64,000 bases of DNA, taken from the NCBI GenBank assembly GCA_016432325.1, contig CP066684.1, forward strand, positions 608,001 through 672,000, written 5' to 3'. This document shows positions 59,132 through 64,000 of this stretch, in pieces. Every line of letters begins with the position of its first letter. Position 1 is the first letter of the stretch. The position numbers were made by a program, and so were the translations under genes. The notes under the pieces are model-generated. The model was not told the DNA's origin. It was given only the letters and a program-made list of their open reading frames with translations, and made no database searches. Origin of the DNA: Candidatus Aenigmatarchaeota archaeon (GTDB taxonomy: Archaea; Aenigmatarchaeota; Aenigmatarchaeia; PWEA01; JACQIF01).

Positions 59132-59502
59132 CACGTTCAAAGATGCTTTGGGTGTGTTTGTCACTCTCTTTGATCGGTCTGTTCCTTTTGGCAATCGGTG
59201 TCTCGCTCAGAGAACCGGTCGCTGTCACACTCGATGAGGTATCTGTGTCTTCTGTTGGAGATTTGGTCAGTGTGACAGGTGTCGCAGAGAACGTACAATA
59301 TAAGAATGGTAACCTTTTCTTCAGATTGGCTAGTGAGACGGGTTCTATACGCGCAGTAATGTTCGAGAGTGACATAGAACGACAGGGGCTCGATCCCTAT
59401 ATGTTGGAAAATGGCCTCGAATTGATCACAGAAGGCCGTATTCAAAGGTATAAGGGCATGCTGGAACTTGTCGCACAGCGTGTCACTCTTCTGTCTCGCT
59501 AG
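59128..59502 (+). CDS. Membrane-anchored OB-fold protein
   Basis: N-terminal TM, then VSVTG, TGSIRAVMF and GRIQRYKG.LE. Confidence 0.75.
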   Translation: MTRSKMLWVCLSLSLIGLFLLAIGVSLREPVAVTLDEVSVSSVGDLVSVTGVAENVQYKNGNLFFRLASETGSIRAVMFESDIERQGLDPYMLENGLELITEGRIQRYKGMLELVAQRVTLLSR

Positions 59503-61201
59503 TGTGACGGATTGAGACTGCGACACCGCGGTCGCTGTCACTAATCTCTTCAGCAGACAGAAGGGCTGTTCCACAGGACAAAAGGCGGTCCTTTTTGTCC
59601 ACGACAAAAACTTCTTCGCCCGCGCGTACGTTTTCGCAACGGGTCACGAACTTGCAGAAGACCGAACGGCCCTGCAACGCGAACGGCACGGCGTCCTTGT
59701 TCACGTACACGCGCTTCTCAGGCGCACGCACGCGTTTATGAAGCGCCTTGGCGCCTTCAAATGTGGGGACGAACAGTCCGTCGCCTGCACGGATGGTTCC
59801 AACCATCACGTCGCCGTCGTACACGCGCCTGATGCGACCTGTCTTGCCTGAGACGTCCACGCGCACGCGCCTGAACACCCGATTTGCGCCTTTAGCATAA
59901 CAGTAATCGATGACGGCACGCGCCGCCTTAACCGGATCTGCCTGGCCTTTGGCTTGTTCCAAAGTTATGCTCTGGCCAATCGGGTAGATGCCCAGCAGTT
60001 CAATGGGCACTCGGCCAAACGGCGCCTTCGTAACGTAGCGGGAGCCGCGGACGCGCTTCACGTGTTCTTGGACGCGCACTGTCTCCGGCCGATAGGCCGA
60101 CTCCTCGCCTGTATAGAAGAACGCGCTCTTCTTCGAAACCGGCTCCAGCTTTTGGAAGTATTCCTTGTGTTTCTTCAGAACGTATAGCAGTCCCTCCAAC
60201 AGTTTCGGATGCGCTCTCACGCGCTGCGCAACCAGCTCCCACAGCCACTGCTCGCGGATTGCCTGACGAACGAGCCTCATCTCCGCGGCCGTGACGTGAA
60301 GGTTATGCAACGCAAGCGTCCGTTCGCGATCAACCTCGTTCATCTTGTAAAGCTCTTGCGGCGTGTGCGTCGCGCAGACGGAGCATGCGCACGGGAACTC
60401 CTTTAGCGTGCCGAGTTCGAGCGTGCCGTTGACTGTCAAATAACCGCCCCTGCGCGCAGCGAGTGCGTACATCGCGCTGTCGAAAAGGTCGCAGCCCAGA
60501 GCCGCAAGCAATGCGAACGACATCGGATGGCCCGCGCCGAAAGCATGCACGGGCTTGTTGTGCGGGAGCGCCGCCTTGCACGTGGCGATGATGTCCGCGA
60601 GCCTCGCGTATTCATAACGTTCCATGTATGGCACGATGCCTCCGATTGCGTGAATGTCAAAGTCGTGCTTTGCCGTGAGCGTCGACGCGCGCGTGCGCAG
60701 GTCAGGAAAGCGGCCGCCTTGTATCGGACCGACGGTAAGCGTACCTTCCTTCCTTGCAAGAGCTTTGTATCTCTTCTCGGTCTCCAGCATCTTCCTCTTC
60801 GCCGACGCGTGATCGTCGACAGGAAGCGTGAAGACGTCGAGAGGCGTTATGATATTCGAGCCGATGTCCTGTTGAAACGTAAAGGTCTCCTTGGGGTCGA
60901 TGGTGCCGACGCCCTGAGAATACATCTGGAACGCCCCGGAGTCCGTGTATATCGGGCCTTCCCAACCCAGGAACTTGTGGATTCCCTTTTGCAGGACCTC
61001 TTCGCGCCTAGGCGAACGCATGATAATGTAGGAGTTTGTGATGAGCAACGAGAACCCGAGCTTCGCTATTTCATGCGGTTTGATGAGCGAGATGTTCGGG
61101 TTCATGACTATGGCGATGTTCGGAGTCTCGAGAGTCCCGCGGGGCGTGTCCCACTTTCCCAGACGTGCGGCGGCGTCTTTGGCGATGATTTCGAAGGGCA
61201 T
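59483..61201 (-). CDS. tgtA: Archaeosine tRNA-guanine(15) transglycosylase with PUA domain
   Basis: TDSGAFQ, HAFGAGHP, DLFDSA, CACSVC zinc site and a C-terminal PUA domain. Confidence 0.95.
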   Translation of the reverse strand: MPFEIIAKDAAARLGKWDTPRGTLETPNIAIVMNPNISLIKPHEIAKLGFSLLITNSYIIMRSPRREEVLQKGIHKFLGWEGPIYTDSGAFQMYSQGVGTIDPKETFTFQQDIGSNIITPLDVFTLPVDDHASAKRKMLETEKRYKALARKEGTLTVGPIQGGRFPDLRTRASTLTAKHDFDIHAIGGIVPYMERYEYARLADIIATCKAALPHNKPVHAFGAGHPMSFALLAALGCDLFDSAMYALAARRGGYLTVNGTLELGTLKEFPCACSVCATHTPQELYKMNEVDRERTLALHNLHVTAAEMRLVRQAIREQWLWELVAQRVRAHPKLLEGLLYVLKKHKEYFQKLEPVSKKSAFFYTGEESAYRPETVRVQEHVKRVRGSRYVTKAPFGRVPIELLGIYPIGQSITLEQAKGQADPVKAARAVIDYCYAKGANRVFRRVRVDVSGKTGRIRRVYDGDVMVGTIRAGDGLFVPTFEGAKALHKRVRAPEKRVYVNKDAVPFALQGRSVFCKFVTRCENVRAGEEVFVVDKKDRLLSCGTALLSAEEISDSDRGVAVSIRHTSETEE

Positions 61202-61251
61202 GGACAGAGGGGCCGCGTAGCTTATTTAAAGCTCGTTCTTGAACGCTTCTC

Positions 61252-62595
61252 ATGAAATCCCCCCAACTCCGCGAACGCACCATGATATTGTCTTCAGGCC
61301 GCTGCGCGTGGGCCAAGTGCATGTACTGCGGCTACGGCAAGCTGAAGGAAGAGCGGCTGGGCGGCGATGCGCTCAAAGAGCAGATTGACAACTTCTTCAA
61401 CGGCGTTGAGCCGGGCGTCGACGTCCTGCGCGTCTATGTTTCCGGCAACGTAACAGACCGCGCGCAGGTGCCTGTCGAGACGCAGGCGTACATGGTCCAG
61501 AAGTGCAGGGGGTTCGGAATACGCACGCTGCTCGTGGAGACGCTCCCTCAATTCGTCAGCGAGAAGACGCTCGAACCGTTCAAAGGCTCTGGCCTTCGCA
61601 TGGTCTTTGCGATGGGTCTTGAATGCTACGACGATGCGCTTCGCGCAAAACTGCAGAAGGGATTCACGCGCGCAGATTTCGAGAAGGCGTGCGCGCTCAT
61701 ACGCGCGAACGGCTGGGGCGTTAAGACGTATCTGCTCGTCAATCCTCCGTTCTGTGCGGATGTGAAAAAAGACGTTGACGACTCCGTGGCGTATGCGTTG
61801 AAATGGGCAGACGAAGTCACGCTCATAAACTGCCAGCCGCACGCGGGCACAGAGCTCCATGCGATGCACGAGCGCGGCGAATGGAAGCCGCTAGACAAGG
61901 CGCAGTTCTTTGACGCGACAAAGGAGTGGCTCTCTGACGCGCGCGTGCGTTATGACGCGACGCAGTACGCGCCCTTCCCGTCATGGAAGTCGTGGCTGCC
62001 GCAATTCAAGGAGCAGACGCCTCTTGTCGGGACTGGCGGCGAGTTTCTGGAGAACGAAGTGTACGACCGCTGGCAGAAGTTCATCTGCGAGCGTTACGTC
62101 GTCCGCGATGAGCGCAAGACCGCGCTGTTCATACCGTGTTCGTATACGAAGCCGTACATCAACGGGCCGCTGCATAGGGCGATATGGAGGGTTCTGGATA
62201 GTTTCGATGCAGAGGTCAAGCAGTCCATCCATCTCGTCGTCATTTCGTCTCCGGGCGTCATACCAATAGAGTTCGCGGACTACTATCCATTCAACGCATA
62301 CGACTGGAAGCCGTGGGAGGAGACTGCGTCCATCAAGGAGGCGTATACGCGCGTAACGAAGAAGCGGCTCGTCGACTATCTCAAGGCGCACAAGTACGAG
62401 CGCGTGCTGTGTTACTTCACTATGGACGCAGAGTCTTATGACGCGCTCAAGCAGGCGTGCAACGAGCTGGGCGTCGAACTGATAACGTGCCTGAGAGAAG
62501 AGACTTGGTCGCTCATCAAGGACGAGAAGAACGCGCTCACGCGGCCCGAGGCGCTGGAGGATTTGAAAGGCGCGCTCACGGCGGTTCGCGCCTAA
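61252..62595 (+). CDS. Fusion of a RaSEA-like radical SAM domain and an ArcS-type (DUF5591-like) domain
   Basis: N-terminal GRCAWAKCMYCGY, GLE and KTYLL; C-terminal FIPCSYTKPY, ISSPGVIP and YPFNAYD; divergent from tgtA. Confidence 0.82.
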   Translation: MKSPQLRERTMILSSGRCAWAKCMYCGYGKLKEERLGGDALKEQIDNFFNGVEPGVDVLRVYVSGNVTDRAQVPVETQAYMVQKCRGFGIRTLLVETLPQFVSEKTLEPFKGSGLRMVFAMGLECYDDALRAKLQKGFTRADFEKACALIRANGWGVKTYLLVNPPFCADVKKDVDDSVAYALKWADEVTLINCQPHAGTELHAMHERGEWKPLDKAQFFDATKEWLSDARVRYDATQYAPFPSWKSWLPQFKEQTPLVGTGGEFLENEVYDRWQKFICERYVVRDERKTALFIPCSYTKPYINGPLHRAIWRVLDSFDAEVKQSIHLVVISSPGVIPIEFADYYPFNAYDWKPWEETASIKEAYTRVTKKRLVDYLKAHKYERVLCYFTMDAESYDALKQACNELGVELITCLREETWSLIKDEKNALTRPEALEDLKGALTAVRA

Positions 62596-62637
62596 GCCGA
62601 CATTTGACTTTCTGCGCGTTCTATGGTAGTGAGACCG

Positions 62638-63594
62638 TTAAGGCGGGTCTGCCCGAACGGCAGAGGATTCCATCCGCTCGCGTACTTGATTAATATACAG
62701 CGCTATAGAACGGAGCGACGGTTCGCTTATATTGGCCTTTGCTGTCACCTCTATCTGCGTCATATAGTGTCCTCTTTCATTGGCCGCGACGTATACGATG
62801 CCTGCCGCCAGCATGGTGGGTTTGTGGGCTCTTCCCGGCAATCGTTCAATCGCCGAGCACAACTCCAACGCATCCTGTTGGATACGAGGCGGAACGCTCA
62901 GCGCCTCGCACAATCGCGGAACGAAGGCTCGCGCGGACGACTGGGTATTCTCGAGTCCGTCGAGATTCCGCAGCAACGTCTTATACGTCCTGAGAGCGGA
63001 ACGCTTGTCGACGCCTATGATATCTTTGAAATCGGTGGGCACTATGCCAAGGGATAAATCCTTGCCGGCGGCGTATAGAGACGCCGCTGCCACATCCTCC
63101 GTGCTCCTGCCCCTGAGATAGTTTCCAGCGTGCGCTTTCCTGTATATCGCCACTGCCCTCTCTTCCAAAGCGGATGGGAGTTCTCTTGCGGCAACGTAGT
63201 CCTTGATTATGACAAGGCCGTTGTTCAGCGTTCTCGATCGAGAGCTGTGAAACGTCGCGCGCGTATTCTGTTCTATCATGCGCCGCCACTGGAGCCTGTT
63301 CCCCACAGGCGCGCCCCACGAATCGCGGAGGTCTGACGAGATGACGCTCCCGAGGCCCCTGTCGTGTCGCATCAGAGTTGTCTTATGGTCGTGCAGTCGC
63401 TTGTCCGCTTGCTCTTTATCATACGCACGCTCATGTCTTCCATTATCTATCTGCTTGTCGCGAACGACTACGCCGCAGCCGCCGCAGTAGGTTTCGCCGC
63501 GCCTGGAATCGGTATCAAGCCTTCCTCCGCATTCGGGGCACGCGGTAAGCAGTTCTATTTCAACGTTCCTTATCACAATCGCCTCTGTGGCCAT
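62638..63594 (-). CDS. tfb: Transcription initiation factor B paralog
   Basis: CPECG...CGGCG zinc ribbon, HDRGLGS, and cyclin repeats with RGRS and TQIEV. Confidence 0.9.
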   Translation of the reverse strand: MATEAIVIRNVEIELLTACPECGGRLDTDSRRGETYCGGCGVVVRDKQIDNGRHERAYDKEQADKRLHDHKTTLMRHDRGLGSVISSDLRDSWGAPVGNRLQWRRMIEQNTRATFHSSRSRTLNNGLVIIKDYVAARELPSALEERAVAIYRKAHAGNYLRGRSTEDVAAASLYAAGKDLSLGIVPTDFKDIIGVDKRSALRTYKTLLRNLDGLENTQSSARAFVPRLCEALSVPPRIQQDALELCSAIERLPGRAHKPTMLAAGIVYVAANERGHYMTQIEVTAKANISEPSLRSIALYINQVRERMESSAVRADPP

Positions 63595-63612
63595 TTGAAT
63601 CACACGCGGCAC

Positions 63613-63894
63613 CTAAGGCCATCCGGGGTCGTACTGATGGGCTTTCCGTTTCTTCTCGCTGATCAGCATGTCGAGATGGGCGGCGATGGCGCTGTCCACA
63701 ACGTCCGATAAATCTCTGCCTTCGAGAACCTTCAAGGAATGAAGCCCTTGATAGTTTTCCAGTCCGATCCTTACCTTGACCTCTTTCGTGTTCCTGTTCT
63801 TCTCCGCGGCCAGCAGTTTCTTTTCCGCCGCCCTTTTCTTGTTTTCCTCGGACAGAATCTTATTGTGTTCGTACATGGCGGCGGCGCCGAACAT
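63613..63894 (-). CDS. Small basic protein, possibly ribbon-helix-helix
   Basis: VKVRI...LHSLKVLEGRDLSDVVDSAI pattern; start uncertain. Confidence 0.55.
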   Translation of the reverse strand: MFGAAAMYEHNKILSEENKKRAAEKKLLAAEKNRNTKEVKVRIGLENYQGLHSLKVLEGRDLSDVVDSAIAAHLDMLISEKKRKAHQYDPGWP

Positions 63895-64000
63895 TCTGCC
63901 GACGTCCCGCCTACCTACCGAATATTCGGTTGTGAAACGGTCTATGAGAGACGCCAGCTCCGCCTCGTTCTCTCGCGTTACCCGAATGGCGACGCGGCTG

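Overview
A 64-kb stretch of a GC-rich archaeal chromosome. The divergent 16S rRNA, intron-laden stable RNAs and gene content point to a DPANN-type lineage, which is my inference. Housekeeping genes include glyS, pheS/pheT, hisS, purF, aIF5A, RPA, radA, a DinB-type polymerase, TFB, tgtA, three histone-fold genes and two PRC-barrel genes. Stable RNAs are 16S and 23S rRNA genes with separate promoters and four introns each, an enlarged RNase P RNA, and six tRNAs carrying 17 bulge-helix-bulge (BHB) introns in total. Five observations stand out. (1) One family of modular palindromic hairpins recurs in tRNA introns, rRNA introns, the 16S leader, RNase P RNA, intergenic DNA and in frame inside a gene. 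(2) That gene looks like a remote target of a diversity-generating retroelement (DGR). (3) Two introns appear to encode C/D-box guide RNAs. (4) A cluster at 45-58.5 kb pairs an AAA+/wHTH gene and several wHTH genes with an exactly 11-bp-phased TTCAC array, a dispersed 11-mer and other motif arrays; it is a candidate non-canonical origin, segregation or cell-cycle locus. (5) A RaSEA-ArcS fusion gene lies divergent from tgtA. All calls were made by eye and no database searches were run.
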